The notes: a model not told the origin generated them from the letters alone. A stretch of 64,000 bases of DNA from an uncultured beta proteobacterium (GCA_963747775.1 CAVVGT010000003.1:641538-705537); one strand, 5' to 3'; counted from the stretch's first letter, positions 21,996-31,655 are shown. Translations and numbers: made by a program.

Positions 21996-22451
21996 ATGGT
22001 CAAGAAGCTCAAGGCAATCGCGGAAGGCGCTGGCGACAACCAGCTCGCCGCGACGGTGCGCGAATCGGCGCAGCAGATCTGGCTGGCCGGACTGGGCGCC
22101 TTCGGAAAAACGCAGGAGGAGGGGGCGAAAGTGTTCGACGCCCTGGTGAAGGAGGGCCGCAACCTCGAGTCGCGGACCCGGAAGTTCGCGCAAACGCGAA
22201 TGGGATCGGTCACCGGTCAGGTCGGCCAGGCGGCGACCAAGGCGACCGCCCGGGCGACCGCGACGTGGGACAAGCTCGAGCAGGTGTTCGAGGATCGCGT
22301 CGCACGCGCGCTGAACAAGCTCGGGGTCCCGACGAATCGCGACATCCAGAACCTCTCGAAGCGCGTCGAGGAGCTGACCGCGAGCGTGCGCAGGCTCGAC
22401 GGCGCGCGCGCCAAAGGGGCGAAGCGCCCGAAGCGTGCGGCGAAGAAGTAG
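21996..22451 (+). CDS. Phasin-family PHA granule-associated protein (PhaF/PhaI-like)
   Basis: IWLAGLGAFGKTQEEGAKVFDALVKEG... and LGVPTNRDIQNLSKRVEELT are typical of that family. Basic C-terminal tail. Confidence 0.8.
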   Translation: MVKKLKAIAEGAGDNQLAATVRESAQQIWLAGLGAFGKTQEEGAKVFDALVKEGRNLESRTRKFAQTRMGSVTGQVGQAATKATARATATWDKLEQVFEDRVARALNKLGVPTNRDIQNLSKRVEELTASVRRLDGARAKGAKRPKRAAKK

Positions 22452-22518
22452 CCGCGAGCGCGCCGGTGGGATATAGCCTTCCCTGCCGCGTCGAACGCGG
22501 CGTGCCGGACGTGTGCCG

Positions 22519-23763
22519 ATGACCGAGCGCACGCACCGAACGGGGTCGCCGGGCAGGCCCGCCAAAGTGGGCGTCGCGCTCGCCGGGGGCGGCCCCCTGG
22601 GCGGCATCTATGAAGTGGGCGCGCTCGCCGCTCTCGCCGAATGCCTGGAGGGGATCGATTTCACGGACCTCGACGTCTACGTCGGGGTCAGCTCAGGCAG
22701 CTTCATCGCGGCGGGTCTCGCGAACGGCATCGCGCCGCTCGAGATGTGCCGGATGTTCATCGAGAGCGAGTCGCATCGCGAGCCGTTCGGGCCGGACATC
22801 TTCCTGCGTCCGGCGTTCCGGGAGTTCGCGCGGCGCGCGGCCTCGCTTCCGCCCCTGCTCGTCGCATCGGCCTGGCGCTTTGTCACCCAGCCCGGCGCGC
22901 ATGCGTTCATGGAGTCCTTCGCGCAGGTGGGCCGGGCGATCCCGACGGGGCTGTTCGACAACGACGCGATCGATCGCTACCTGCGCCGCCTTTTCGCTGC
23001 TCCCGGCCGGTCGAACGACTTTCGCACGCTGAAGCGCAGGCTGTTCCTGGTCGCGACCGACCTCGATTCGGGCGTTTGGGTCGAGTTCGGTGCGCCGGGG
23101 TTCGATCATGTCCCGATCTCGCGCGCGGTCGAGGCGAGCGCGGCGCTGCCCGGGCTGTTCCCGCCCGTGGAGATCGACGGACGTTTCTACGTCGACGGCG
23201 CGCTCAAGCGCACGCTCCACGCGTCGGTCGCGCTGGAGCAGGGCGTGAAGCTCCTGCTCTGCATCAATCCGCTCGTCCCCTACGACAGCCGCATTCCGGT
23301 CGTCGACCCGCACGCGCCGCGGCGGCTCGTCGACGGCGGCCTGCCGGTCGTGCTGGCGCAGACGCTGCGCGCAATGGTGTACTCGCGCATGCAGGTCGGG
23401 ATGCAGCGTTACAAGCGCGAGTTCCGCGACGCGGACGTGGTGCTGTTCGAGCCGAACAAGCACGACGCGGACATGTTCTTCACCAACATGTTCAGCTATG
23501 CGAGCCGGCGCCACCTCGCGGAACACGCCTACCAAAAGACGCGCAAGGAGCTGTTCGCCCGTCGCCATGCGCTCGCGTCGATCCTCGCCCGCCACGGCGT
23601 CGGGCTCCGCATCGACGCCCTCACCGATCCCGACCGGCATCTCGTCCGGGGCATGCGCAGGCGCCGGCTCCTCAGCGCGGCGACGGCGACCACCGCGCGG
23701 CTTACCGAGTCGCTAGACGACCTCGAGCGCTGGCTCGCGAGCACCGCCACTGCAGCGGGCTGA
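22519..23763 (+). CDS. Patatin-like phospholipase/lipase
   Basis: Oxyanion GGGPLGG, nucleophile GVSSGS (GxSxG) and catalytic Asp in YVDGALK. Confidence 0.85.
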   Translation: MTERTHRTGSPGRPAKVGVALAGGGPLGGIYEVGALAALAECLEGIDFTDLDVYVGVSSGSFIAAGLANGIAPLEMCRMFIESESHREPFGPDIFLRPAFREFARRAASLPPLLVASAWRFVTQPGAHAFMESFAQVGRAIPTGLFDNDAIDRYLRRLFAAPGRSNDFRTLKRRLFLVATDLDSGVWVEFGAPGFDHVPISRAVEASAALPGLFPPVEIDGRFYVDGALKRTLHASVALEQGVKLLLCINPLVPYDSRIPVVDPHAPRRLVDGGLPVVLAQTLRAMVYSRMQVGMQRYKREFRDADVVLFEPNKHDADMFFTNMFSYASRRHLAEHAYQKTRKELFARRHALASILARHGVGLRIDALTDPDRHLVRGMRRRRLLSAATATTARLTESLDDLERWLASTATAAG

Positions 23764-23812
23764 CCGCGCCGAGGGGCGTGCTATCCTTCGCGGCCCGCAC
23801 GAGGCCCATGGA

Positions 23813-24460
23813 ATGGAGCGCAAGCCGAAGCGCCGCACGCGCGAGCGCATCCTCGAGACGAGCCTGAGGCTCTTCAACGGCTTCGGCGAACCGAACGTCA
23901 CCACCACCTTCATCGCCGACGAGCTGGACATCAGCCCCGGCAACCTCTACTACCACTTCCGCAGCAAGGACGAGATCGTCAACACGATCTTCGGCGCGTT
24001 CGAGCGCGAGATCGAGGGCGTGCTCGCGGCGCCGTCGGCGCGACAGGCCGACGTCGAGGACATGTGGCTGTTCCTGCACGTGCTGTTCGAGGCGGTCTGG
24101 AAGTACCGCTTCCTGTACCGCGACCTCAACGACTTGCTGTCCCGCAACCGGCTGCTCGAGATCCACTTCAAGCGACTGCTCGAGCAGAAGGTGCGAACCG
24201 CGACCGCGCTGTGCGAAGGTCTCGCCGCGAGCGGGGAGTTGCGCGCGCAGCACGGCGAGGTCGCCGCGCTCGCGACCAACATGGTCGTGGTCGCAACCTA
24301 CTGGCTGTCCTACGAGTACGTGCGCAACCCGCGCAATCTGCAGGAAGGCGAGATGATCGCGCGCGGCGCCTACCAGGCGATGTCGCTCGTGGCGCCGTTC
24401 CTCGCCGATCGCTCGCGCGCGCTGTTCGAGCGGCTCGCCGCGGCCTACGTGTCATCCTGA
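23813..24460 (+). CDS. TetR/AcrR-family transcriptional regulator
   Basis: N-terminal HTH RILETSLRLFNGFGEPNVTTTFIADELDISPGNLYYHF. Confidence 0.85.
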   Translation: MERKPKRRTRERILETSLRLFNGFGEPNVTTTFIADELDISPGNLYYHFRSKDEIVNTIFGAFEREIEGVLAAPSARQADVEDMWLFLHVLFEAVWKYRFLYRDLNDLLSRNRLLEIHFKRLLEQKVRTATALCEGLAASGELRAQHGEVAALATNMVVVATYWLSYEYVRNPRNLQEGEMIARGAYQAMSLVAPFLADRSRALFERLAAAYVSS

Positions 24461-24475
24461 TAAGGAGGAGAGTCG

Positions 24476-25258
24476 ATGGCGAAGTCGAGCTGGGCGAAAT
24501 TTCCCCATCCCGAGAAAGCGTACGGCTACGACGGTCCGAACCTGAAGCGGCACTGGGATCGGCTGCACCGCGGGGACTGCGAGCCGTTCCCGAAGGACGA
24601 AGCCGTTCAGGATGCGTGGCGCGCCTATCACCAGGGTGATTTCGGGCGCGCGATCGAGGCGGGGCTGGCGGCTGGCGCCGACGGCGCCAACGTCGCGAAC
24701 AAGTCGCAGGCGATCTACGCGACCTACCTCGAGAAGGCTGGGCCGCGGAAGGCGAAGCTATTCCAGGAGGCGATGGAGCGCGGCGAAGCGGCGATTCGGG
24801 AGCGGCCGCGCGACGCGAATGCCCACTACTTCTTCGCGATGGCGGCCGGCCGCTACGGCCAGGAGATCTCGATCGCGAAGGCGCTCGCGCAGGGCCTCGG
24901 CGGAAAGATCAAGGAAGCGCTCGACAAGGCGATCAAGCTCCAACCGAAGCACGCCGATGCGCAGATCGCGCTCGGCACATGGCACGCCGAGATCATCGGC
25001 AAAGTCGGCGCCATGGTCGGCAAGCTCACCTACGGTGCATCCAAGGATGCGGCCGTCGAGCACTTCCAGAAGGCGCTCAAGCTCAATCCGGACTCGGCGA
25101 TCGCGCGCATCGAGTTCGCGAATGGACTCGTGCTGCTTTTCGGCAAGGACAGGATGAAGGAGGCGGAGAAGCTCTACGCCGAGGCGGCAAAGCAGAAACC
25201 GCTGGATGCGATGGAGCGCCTCGACGTCGAGGCGGCGAAGGCCGAGCTCGAGGACTAA
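24476..25258 (+). CDS. TPR-like helical repeat protein of unknown function (260 aa)
   Basis: Intact ORF 16 nt after TetR with GGAG upstream. Repeated helical hairpins (AIKLQPKHADAQIALG, ALKLNPDSAIARIEFA). Confidence 0.6.
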   Translation: MAKSSWAKFPHPEKAYGYDGPNLKRHWDRLHRGDCEPFPKDEAVQDAWRAYHQGDFGRAIEAGLAAGADGANVANKSQAIYATYLEKAGPRKAKLFQEAMERGEAAIRERPRDANAHYFFAMAAGRYGQEISIAKALAQGLGGKIKEALDKAIKLQPKHADAQIALGTWHAEIIGKVGAMVGKLTYGASKDAAVEHFQKALKLNPDSAIARIEFANGLVLLFGKDRMKEAEKLYAEAAKQKPLDAMERLDVEAAKAELED

Positions 25259-25355
25259 GCAAACGCTGCAAGAAGGGCCACAGTCCCTCTTGCGTCGCCT
25301 CAAGCTCAGGCAGGAGCGCTCCTGAGAGCGGCGTTCTGCAAGGATTCGCTGAGGA

Positions 25356-26864
25356 TCAGGCGGCGGATCTCGCCGACTGCCGTTTGACGGTGCGCTTCCC
25401 GCGCCGTGCCGCCGTGCCGAGTTCGCGCTCGACGAGCGCGGGGTCGCGCTGCATGTCCCACGGCTCCATCAGGATGGTCATCAGCAGGCGGTCGAATTCG
25501 GGCCGGAAGTGCGCGATGACGTGCTCCGGGTCGGGCACGCGGGCGGCATCGGTAATGAGGCCGAACTGCACGCCGCCGTTATAGGAGAGGATCGAGACGC
25601 CCATGCCGATGTCGCCCGACTGCGGCACCCAGAACATGAACTGCCGGAGCCGGGCCCCGGCCAAGTAGAGCTGCTCCTGCGGGCCGGGAACGTTGGTCAT
25701 CACCGCAGTCGCCTTGTTCGCGAGCAGGTCGAGCATCTGCTGCTGCACGACCCTGGGCGCCAGGCCGGCCGCCCCGAGGAGCGCGAACGCGATCGCCGCC
25801 TGGTAGGAGCCCTTCAGCGCTTCCATGCGGTGATGCACCTCGTAGAGCCGCGCGAGCGGGTTGGCGATGCCGATCGGCAGGAGGAGGGTCACGAGCCCGA
25901 ACCGGTTCCCGAGCTTGATCTCCGCCTCGTTGGCGCGCAGGTTGACCGGCACCATCGCGCGCAGCTCGAGCCCTTCGGTGGGGTCGCCCTTCTCGACGAG
26001 GTAGCGCCGCAGCGCCCCCGCGACCGTGGCGAGCAGCACGTCGTTCACGGAGCAGTCGAGCACCTTGCCGACGGCTTTCACCTCGTCGAGGGAGAGGGGG
26101 TCGGTCCATGCGACGCGCTTCTCGCCCCCCGCCTTGCCCTTGTAGCGGGTGCGCGAGTCGTCGGGCATCGTCGCGAGCTGCGCGACCTCCCCGGCGACGC
26201 TTCCGGCGACGCGCGCATATGCGACGAGCTTCTCCGGGTTGAGGAGAGCCTCCATCCCCTTCTCGGCGACCTCGCCGGAGACGCGCAGCGCCTGGCTCGC
26301 CAGGCCCGACAGCGGCTCGAAGAGCTGCCCGAGGAGTCCGCCGGGGTCCGCGCGCGGGGTGGAGCCCCGACGCGACCGGGCTTCGCCCGCCGCCACCGGC
26401 GTGTCGCGCGAAGTGTCGGTGAGGGAGAGCATGACGCGGATCAGGGCGATGCCGTCGGCGTAGCTGTGGTGGATCCGCGCGACCACCGCCGACCCGCCGT
26501 CATAGCCGTCGACGAGCGTGAAGTCCCACCAGGGGCGGCGCGCATCGAAGGGCCGCGCGACGAGCTTTGCGACGAAGCGTTTCAGCGCCGCGGCGCCGCC
26601 CTTGCCGGGGAGGCGCGTCCGCCGCACGTGTCGCTCCAGGCTGAAGCGCGGCGCCTCCTCCCACCATGCCCCGGTCGCGTCCTCGACGGGGCGGCAGCGA
26701 AAGCGGTCGAAACGCATGAAGCGCGCCGCGAACGTGGCCAGCAGGCGATCGTAGTCGACCGCCTGGTCGAACAGCAGCACCCCGACGATCACCATCCGGT
26801 TGGTCGGCCGGTCCATGCGCAGCCAGGCGGTGTCGACGCTCGACATGCGGCTGCGGCTTGGCAT
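25356..26864 (-). CDS. Wax ester synthase/acyl-CoA:diacylglycerol acyltransferase (WS/DGAT)
   Basis: Active-site HHxxxDG motif present as IHHSYADGIAL. N-terminal DTAWLRMDRPTN and a typical length of 502 aa. Confidence 0.9.
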   Translation of the reverse strand: MPSRSRMSSVDTAWLRMDRPTNRMVIVGVLLFDQAVDYDRLLATFAARFMRFDRFRCRPVEDATGAWWEEAPRFSLERHVRRTRLPGKGGAAALKRFVAKLVARPFDARRPWWDFTLVDGYDGGSAVVARIHHSYADGIALIRVMLSLTDTSRDTPVAAGEARSRRGSTPRADPGGLLGQLFEPLSGLASQALRVSGEVAEKGMEALLNPEKLVAYARVAGSVAGEVAQLATMPDDSRTRYKGKAGGEKRVAWTDPLSLDEVKAVGKVLDCSVNDVLLATVAGALRRYLVEKGDPTEGLELRAMVPVNLRANEAEIKLGNRFGLVTLLLPIGIANPLARLYEVHHRMEALKGSYQAAIAFALLGAAGLAPRVVQQQMLDLLANKATAVMTNVPGPQEQLYLAGARLRQFMFWVPQSGDIGMGVSILSYNGGVQFGLITDAARVPDPEHVIAHFRPEFDRLLMTILMEPWDMQRDPALVERELGTAARRGKRTVKRQSARSAA

Positions 26865-26903
26865 TTGACGGCTCGTCTACGCGATGGGGATCCGGGGGCT
26901 CCC

Positions 26904-26909
26904 TATAAT
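26904..26909 (+). promoter_or_regulatory. Perfect TATAAT box 38 nt upstream of the ACBP start
   Basis: A perfect -10 hexamer in very GC-rich DNA. There is no convincing -35 element. Confidence 0.25.
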
Positions 26910-26946
26910 AGCCGAGCGCGCGGGGCCGACCCCCCGGCGGATCGTC

Positions 26947-27216
26947 ATGGAGGCGAGAGTGAGCGACCTGAAGAAGAAGTTCGAGGACGCCGCGGCCGCG
27001 GTGAAGAAGCTGAAGGAGGACCCGGGCAACGACGCGAAGCTGCAGCTCTACGCGCTGTTCAAGCAGGGCAGCGAAGGCGACGTGGGGGGCAAACGGCCCG
27101 GATTCACCGACATGATCGGGCGCGCGAAGTACGACGCGTGGGCGAAGACGAAGGGGATGTCGAAAGACGAGGCGATGAAGAAGTACATCGACTTCGTCAA
27201 GTCGCTGGGCGGGTAG
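26947..27216 (+). CDS. Acyl-CoA-binding protein (ACBP)
   Basis: 89 aa with KLQLYALFKQGSEGDV...GRAKYDAWAKTKGMSKDEAMKKY, the canonical ACBP signature. Confidence 0.85.
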   Translation: MEARVSDLKKKFEDAAAAVKKLKEDPGNDAKLQLYALFKQGSEGDVGGKRPGFTDMIGRAKYDAWAKTKGMSKDEAMKKYIDFVKSLGG

Positions 27217-27225
27217 AGGCCTCGT

Positions 27226-27588
27226 TCAGGTCCGTTTCTTTGCGGGCGCCTTCGCGGGCGCAGTCTTTTTCGTCGGCGCGCCCTTCTTACCAGGCGCGGC
27301 CTTCGCGGCGGGCGGGGCGAAGTACTTGTCGAACTGCTCGTCGATCTCCTGCTCGATGCGCGGCCGGAGGAAGGCGAGCAGGAAGCTGAGCTTGGCCTCA
27401 AGATGCACGTCGTGATCGGTGACGTGCAGCTCGCCGTGCACGCCGGTCCGCTCGAAGTGCAGGACGTGGCGTTTCCAGGCGTACTCGAGGTCGAAGTCCT
27501 TCTTCAGCCGTTCCGCGACCTTCTCGGCCGCCTTGCGCGCCTCCTCGAGCGGCAGCGAGTGGTTGCGGCGCACTTTGATGTCGCTCAT
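27226..27588 (-). CDS. Polyhydroxyalkanoic acid system (PHA granule region) protein with a histone-H1-like AKP-rich tail
   Basis: The N-terminal ~90 aa (IKVRRNHSLPLEEARKAAEKVAERL...LEAKLSFLLAFLRPRIEQEI) match the small PHA-system family as I recall it. The C-terminus is PPAAKAAPGKKGAPTKKTAPAKAPAKK. Confidence 0.7.
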   Translation of the reverse strand: MSDIKVRRNHSLPLEEARKAAEKVAERLKKDFDLEYAWKRHVLHFERTGVHGELHVTDHDVHLEAKLSFLLAFLRPRIEQEIDEQFDKYFAPPAAKAAPGKKGAPTKKTAPAKAPAKKRT

Positions 27589-27813
27589 TGCGGCGTCTCC
27601 GGACCGATGGCGCCCCGCCGGCGCCGAGGCGACCGATTCTAGATGGGCCGGCGACCCTCCGCCATCCGGCGGGCTGGTGCGCCGCGGGGGCCGGTGTAAT
27701 ATTGGCCGGTGAACCCCTGAGTAGACCCGCGTCCACGGGTTAGTTTCCTGAAGCAGAGGGGCCGTCGAGGGGGCCCTTGATCAGCGTCTCGTTAACGTGT
27801 CTGCCGGCAGGAG

Positions 27814-29079
27814 GTGGTCATGTTGCTTGAGAGCAGTCTTGGAAAGCTGGTGGGGAGCGTCCGCGGCGGTCGCGTCGTGGAGAGTCGTCTCGCCAGGGTC
27901 ACCGAGCGCATTCGCTCGACCGAACCGGTGCCGTTGCGCATCCGCCTGTGGACCGGCCGGAGCTATGAGCTCGGGCCCGATCCGGCGGTGACGCTGACCG
28001 TGCCGACCCCGACCGCGCTTCGCTACTTCGGGTCCCCCGACCTGATGACGCTCGGCGAGGCGTACGTCGAGGGACACATCGGCCTGGAAGGGCGGATCTC
28101 GGAGGCGTTCCGGGTCTGCGAGCGCTTCACCCGTGCGGTCGGCCGGAGCAGCGCATTCGCGCCGCTGAAGCGGGCGATCCATACGCGGGGGCGCGACAAG
28201 AAGGCGATCGAGTTCCATTACGACGTCTCGAACGATTTCTACCGGCTGTTCCTCGACCGCAACATGGTCTACTCGTGCGCGTACTACCGCACCGAGGGAG
28301 ACAGCCTGGACGCCGCTCAGGAGCAGAAGCTCGATCACATCCTGTCCAAGCTGCAGTTGCGGCCGGAGGAGCGGCTACTCGACATCGGCTGCGGCTGGGG
28401 CGCGCTGATCTTCCGCGCGGTCGAGAAGTTCGGCGCGCACGCGGTCGGCATCACGCTCTCCAAGAACCAGCACGAGCACGTGCGCGAGCAGATTCGCGCG
28501 CGCGGTCTGGCCGACCGTTGCGAGGTGCGCCTGCAGGACTATCGCGACGTCCCGGAGCAGGGCGGCTACGACAAAATCGCGAGCGTCGGCATGTTCGAGC
28601 ACGTCGGGCTGAACAACTTAGTGGCGTATTTCAGGCAGATCCAGCGCCTCCTAAGGGACGGGGGGCTGGCGCTCAACCACGGGATCACCTCCGTCGATCC
28701 GGAGAGCCGCGTGGTCGGATTGGGCGCGAGCGACTTCATCGAGCGGTACGTCTTTCCGCACGGCGAGCTGCCGCACATCGGGCTGGCGCTGCGCGAGATG
28801 GCGGCGGCCGGGCTCGAGGTGGTGGACGTCGAGTCGCTGCGCCGGCACTACGCGAAGACCTGCACCGAGTGGGCAAGCCGCCTCGAGGCGCACGCGGACC
28901 GCGCGCGCGCAATCGCGGGCGAGCGGCGCTTCCGGATCTGGTCGATCTATCTCGCAGGCTGTGCGTACGGGTTCACGCACAACTGGATGAGCATCTACCA
29001 GGCGCTCGCCTGCAAGCAGGGTGGCCCCGGGATGAATCCGCTGCCGCTCACCCGCGAGTTCATGTACCGGGGCAGTTGA
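27814..29079 (+). CDS. cfa: Cyclopropane-fatty-acyl-phospholipid synthase family methyltransferase
   Basis: HYDVSNDFY, SAM motif LLDIGCGWGAL, and MFEHVG. Confidence 0.85.
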   Translation: MVMLLESSLGKLVGSVRGGRVVESRLARVTERIRSTEPVPLRIRLWTGRSYELGPDPAVTLTVPTPTALRYFGSPDLMTLGEAYVEGHIGLEGRISEAFRVCERFTRAVGRSSAFAPLKRAIHTRGRDKKAIEFHYDVSNDFYRLFLDRNMVYSCAYYRTEGDSLDAAQEQKLDHILSKLQLRPEERLLDIGCGWGALIFRAVEKFGAHAVGITLSKNQHEHVREQIRARGLADRCEVRLQDYRDVPEQGGYDKIASVGMFEHVGLNNLVAYFRQIQRLLRDGGLALNHGITSVDPESRVVGLGASDFIERYVFPHGELPHIGLALREMAAAGLEVVDVESLRRHYAKTCTEWASRLEAHADRARAIAGERRFRIWSIYLAGCAYGFTHNWMSIYQALACKQGGPGMNPLPLTREFMYRGS

Positions 29080-29207
29080 CCGCATGGCGCGCGTTCGGCA
29101 CACTGACGCCGTGAACATCCACCTCGTCATGGTCCGACGCCGCCCCGCGGCGTTTGCAACGCGTCCGTACGCGCGACGACGGTAGCTTCGGCGCCCAATC
29201 CTTCTGC

Positions 29208-29243
29208 GAAGGCCACAGGCGCTCCCTGTGGCCTTCGTCTTTT
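29208..29243 (+). terminator. Rho-independent terminator downstream of cfa
   Basis: 12-bp stem GAAGGCCACAGG/CCTGTGGCCTTC with loop CGCTC, followed by GTCTTTT. Confidence 0.7.
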
Positions 29244-29268
29244 CCCCATTGCGACCGAGGATCCGACC

Positions 29269-30453
29269 ATGCAACTCGCCGACTTCCCGCTGCATGCCCT
29301 GATGGAGATCACGGCGCGGCCGCCGCTCGTCTTCCTGCGCGGCGAGGGCGCATGGCTGTGGGACCACGAAGGACGCCGCTACCTCGACTTCGTCCAGGGC
29401 TGGGCGGTGAACGCGCTCGGGCACTGCCCGAAGGCGATCGCCGACGCGCTCGCGGCGCAGGCCGCCACGCTGATCAACCCGAGTCCCGCCTTCTGGAACG
29501 CGCCGAGCGCCCGGCTCGCGCAGCGCCTGGTCGACCATTCGTGCTTCGACCGCGTGTTCTTCGCCAACAGCGGCGCCGAGGCGAACGAGGGCGCGATCAA
29601 GCTCGCCCGGAAATGGGGCGCCCGGCACCGCGGCGGGGGCTACGAGATCATCACCTTCGACCACGCGTTCCACGGGCGCACGCTGGCGACCATGTCGGCG
29701 TCGGGCAAGCCCGGCTGGGACACGCTGTTCGAGCCCAAGGTGCCCGGTTTCCCGAAGGCGACGCTGAACGATCTCGGCTCGGTCGAGCAGTTGATCACCG
29801 ATCGCACGGTCGCGGTGTTGCTGGAGCCCATCCAAGGGGAGGCGGGCGTGCTGTGCGCGTCCGACGACTTCATGCGTGCGCTGCGCGCGCTCACGCACGC
29901 TCGGGGGCTGCTGCTGATCGTCGACGAAGTGCAGACCGGCATGGGCCGAACCGGCACGCTGTTCGGATACGAGCACGCGGGCATCGAGCCGGACATGATG
30001 ACTCTTGGCAAGGGCATCGGCGGGGGCGTGCCGCTCGCCGCGCTGCTGGCGCGCGAGGCAGCCTGCTGTTTCGAGCACGGCGATCAGGGCGGGACCTACA
30101 ACGGCAATCCGCTCATGACCGCGGCCGGCGCGGCGGTGCTGGAGGCGCTGCTTGCCCCCGGGTTCCTGCAAGGTGTCGTGGCCCGGGGCGAGCAACTCGC
30201 GCGGGGCCTGGCGGCGCTGTCGCGCAAACGCAGCCTCGGCGAGGTGCGCGGTCGCGGGTTGCTGATGGCCCTCGATCTCGGCCGCGACGCGGGCGCGAGA
30301 GTCGTGGAGCATGCGCGCGCGAACGGGCTGCTGCTGAACTCGCCGCGGCCGGAAACCCTGCGCTTCATGCCGGCGCTCAACGTCACGGCGGAGGAGATCG
30401 AGCTGATGCTCGCCGGACTCGACGGGGCGCTCGCAGCGACGCTCGGTCAGTGA
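29269..30453 (+). CDS. argD: Class-III PLP aminotransferase (acetylornithine/succinylornithine aminotransferase-like)
   Basis: [14 protein letters not shown] and the PLP-lysine region [11 protein letters not shown]. 394 aa. Confidence 0.8.
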   Translation: MQLADFPLHALMEITARPPLVFLRGEGAWLWDHEGRRYLDFVQGWAVNALGHCPKAIADALAAQAATLINPSPAFWNAPSARLAQRLVDHSCFDRVFFANSGAEANEGAIKLARKWGARHRGGGYEIITFDHAFHGRTLATMSASGKPGWDTLFEPKVPGFPKATLNDLGSVEQLITDRTVAVLLEPIQGEAGVLCASDDFMRALRALTHARGLLLIVDEVQTGMGRTGTLFGYEHAGIEPDMMTLGKGIGGGVPLAALLAREAACCFEHGDQGGTYNGNPLMTAAGAAVLEALLAPGFLQGVVARGEQLARGLAALSRKRSLGEVRGRGLLMALDLGRDAGARVVEHARANGLLLNSPRPETLRFMPALNVTAEEIELMLAGLDGALAATLGQ

Positions 30454-30986
30454 GCGCGGGCGCCGGGGCGGGCGAGCAGCGCCTCGAACCGCTGGCGGGC
30501 GTCGACGAGGTGCGGGTTCACCCGCAGCGCGGCGTCGAAGGCGAACACCGCGGCATCCGCTCGCCCGTTCGCGACGCACAGCTCGGCGAATGCGAGCATC
30601 GCGCCGTAGTGTCGGGGCTCGAGCACGAGGGTGCGGTGAAAGTCGCTGACGCTCTCGTCGTCGCGTCCCTGCAGGTAGTAGAGGGTGGCGCGCTTGTGCC
30701 ACGCCTCGGCGAATCCGGGATGCAGCGCGACGAGCCGCCGCAAGATCGCCTCGGCGGTCGGGTAATCCTGGGCGACGATCGCCCGCGTGGCGCGCTCGAG
30801 CTCGGCGGCCGCCGCGACGTTCGGATACCGCATCCAGAGCGCCCAGACCGCGTCCTCGGTGCGGTCCGCGCGCGGTGCCGCCACGTCGGCGAGCCGGCGC
30901 AGCAGCGCGTCGAGCGCCCGCTGCAGGCGCGGCGACGGTCGTCGCCGCGGCCCGGTGGCGATGAGCTTGAGCGTCTCGGTATACAT
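30447..30986 (-). CDS. TPR protein, paralog 1 (179 aa)
   Basis: Starts MYTETLKL at ATG 30986. Shares [37 protein letters not shown]...[11 protein letters not shown] with the adjacent gene. Confidence 0.6.
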   Translation of the reverse strand: MYTETLKLIATGPRRRPSPRLQRALDALLRRLADVAAPRADRTEDAVWALWMRYPNVAAAAELERATRAIVAQDYPTAEAILRRLVALHPGFAEAWHKRATLYYLQGRDDESVSDFHRTLVLEPRHYGAMLAFAELCVANGRADAAVFAFDAALRVNPHLVDARQRFEALLARPGARAH

Positions 30987-31014
30987 GTGCCGCAGTCTAG
31001 CCCCGGCGCCGGTT

Positions 31015-31557
31015 CTACTGCACGGGGCCGTCGCGCTCGTCCGAGAGTTCTTGCACGGCGGCGCGGATGCTTCCGAGGTGCGGGTTGACGCGCAGGGCCG
31101 CGTCGAAGGCGAACAGCGCCGCGGCGCGGTCGCGGTGCCGCAGGCAGATCTGCCCGAAGCCGCAGATCGCGCCGAAATGGCGCGGCTCGAGCTCCAACAC
31201 GCGGCGGATGTCTGCAATGCTCTCGGAGTCGCGCCGCTGCAGGAAGTACAGCGTCGCGCGCTTGTTCCACGCCTCGGCGTAGTCCGGTTGCAGCGCGACT
31301 AGGGCGTCCAGGATCGCCTCGGCTTCGTCCAGCTCCCGGGCCGCGATTGCACGCGTCGCCTGCTGGAGCGCGTCCTCCGCGTCGGGATCGTCGTGCGACA
31401 TCCAGACGTCCCAGATGACGTCCTCGATCTGGCTCGCCTCGACGGGGGCCGCGGCGGCCGCGAGACGGTGAAACAGCTCGGCCAGGCGCTTGGGCATGCA
31501 GCCTGCGGGCGCGCGCTCGCCGAGCGAGAGGATGAGCTTGAGGGTGTCGTCGAACAC
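31015..31557 (-). CDS. TPR protein, paralog 2 (180 aa)
   Basis: MFDDTLKL...AEAWNKRATLYFLQRRDSESIADIRRVLELEPRHFGA...[11 protein letters not shown]. Colinear with paralog 1. Confidence 0.6.
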   Translation of the reverse strand: MFDDTLKLILSLGERAPAGCMPKRLAELFHRLAAAAAPVEASQIEDVIWDVWMSHDDPDAEDALQQATRAIAARELDEAEAILDALVALQPDYAEAWNKRATLYFLQRRDSESIADIRRVLELEPRHFGAICGFGQICLRHRDRAAALFAFDAALRVNPHLGSIRAAVQELSDERDGPVQ

Positions 31558-31655
31558 GGCGCCAGTTTACGCCGGCCGTTGCGGACGTTCGCCCTCTCCC
31601 TCGAAGGTGAGGGAGTGGGGGCAGCGCGCCGATCGGGTGCGGTGCGAGGCGCGCG

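Noticed and set aside
25312-25323. Perfect 12-bp palindrome AGGAGCGCTCCT between the convergent TPR-like and WS/DGAT genes, plus the nearby hairpin at 25268-25293
   Set aside because: They lie between two gene ends and have no U-tract or promoter context. They are most likely weak terminator or stabiliser structures. They are not distinctive enough to report as a finding.
29085-29186. Short Arg-rich ORF ([10 protein letters not shown]...) between cfa and its terminator
   Set aside because: It has no RBS, and its composition is typical of random high-GC frames. It is probably just 3'UTR.
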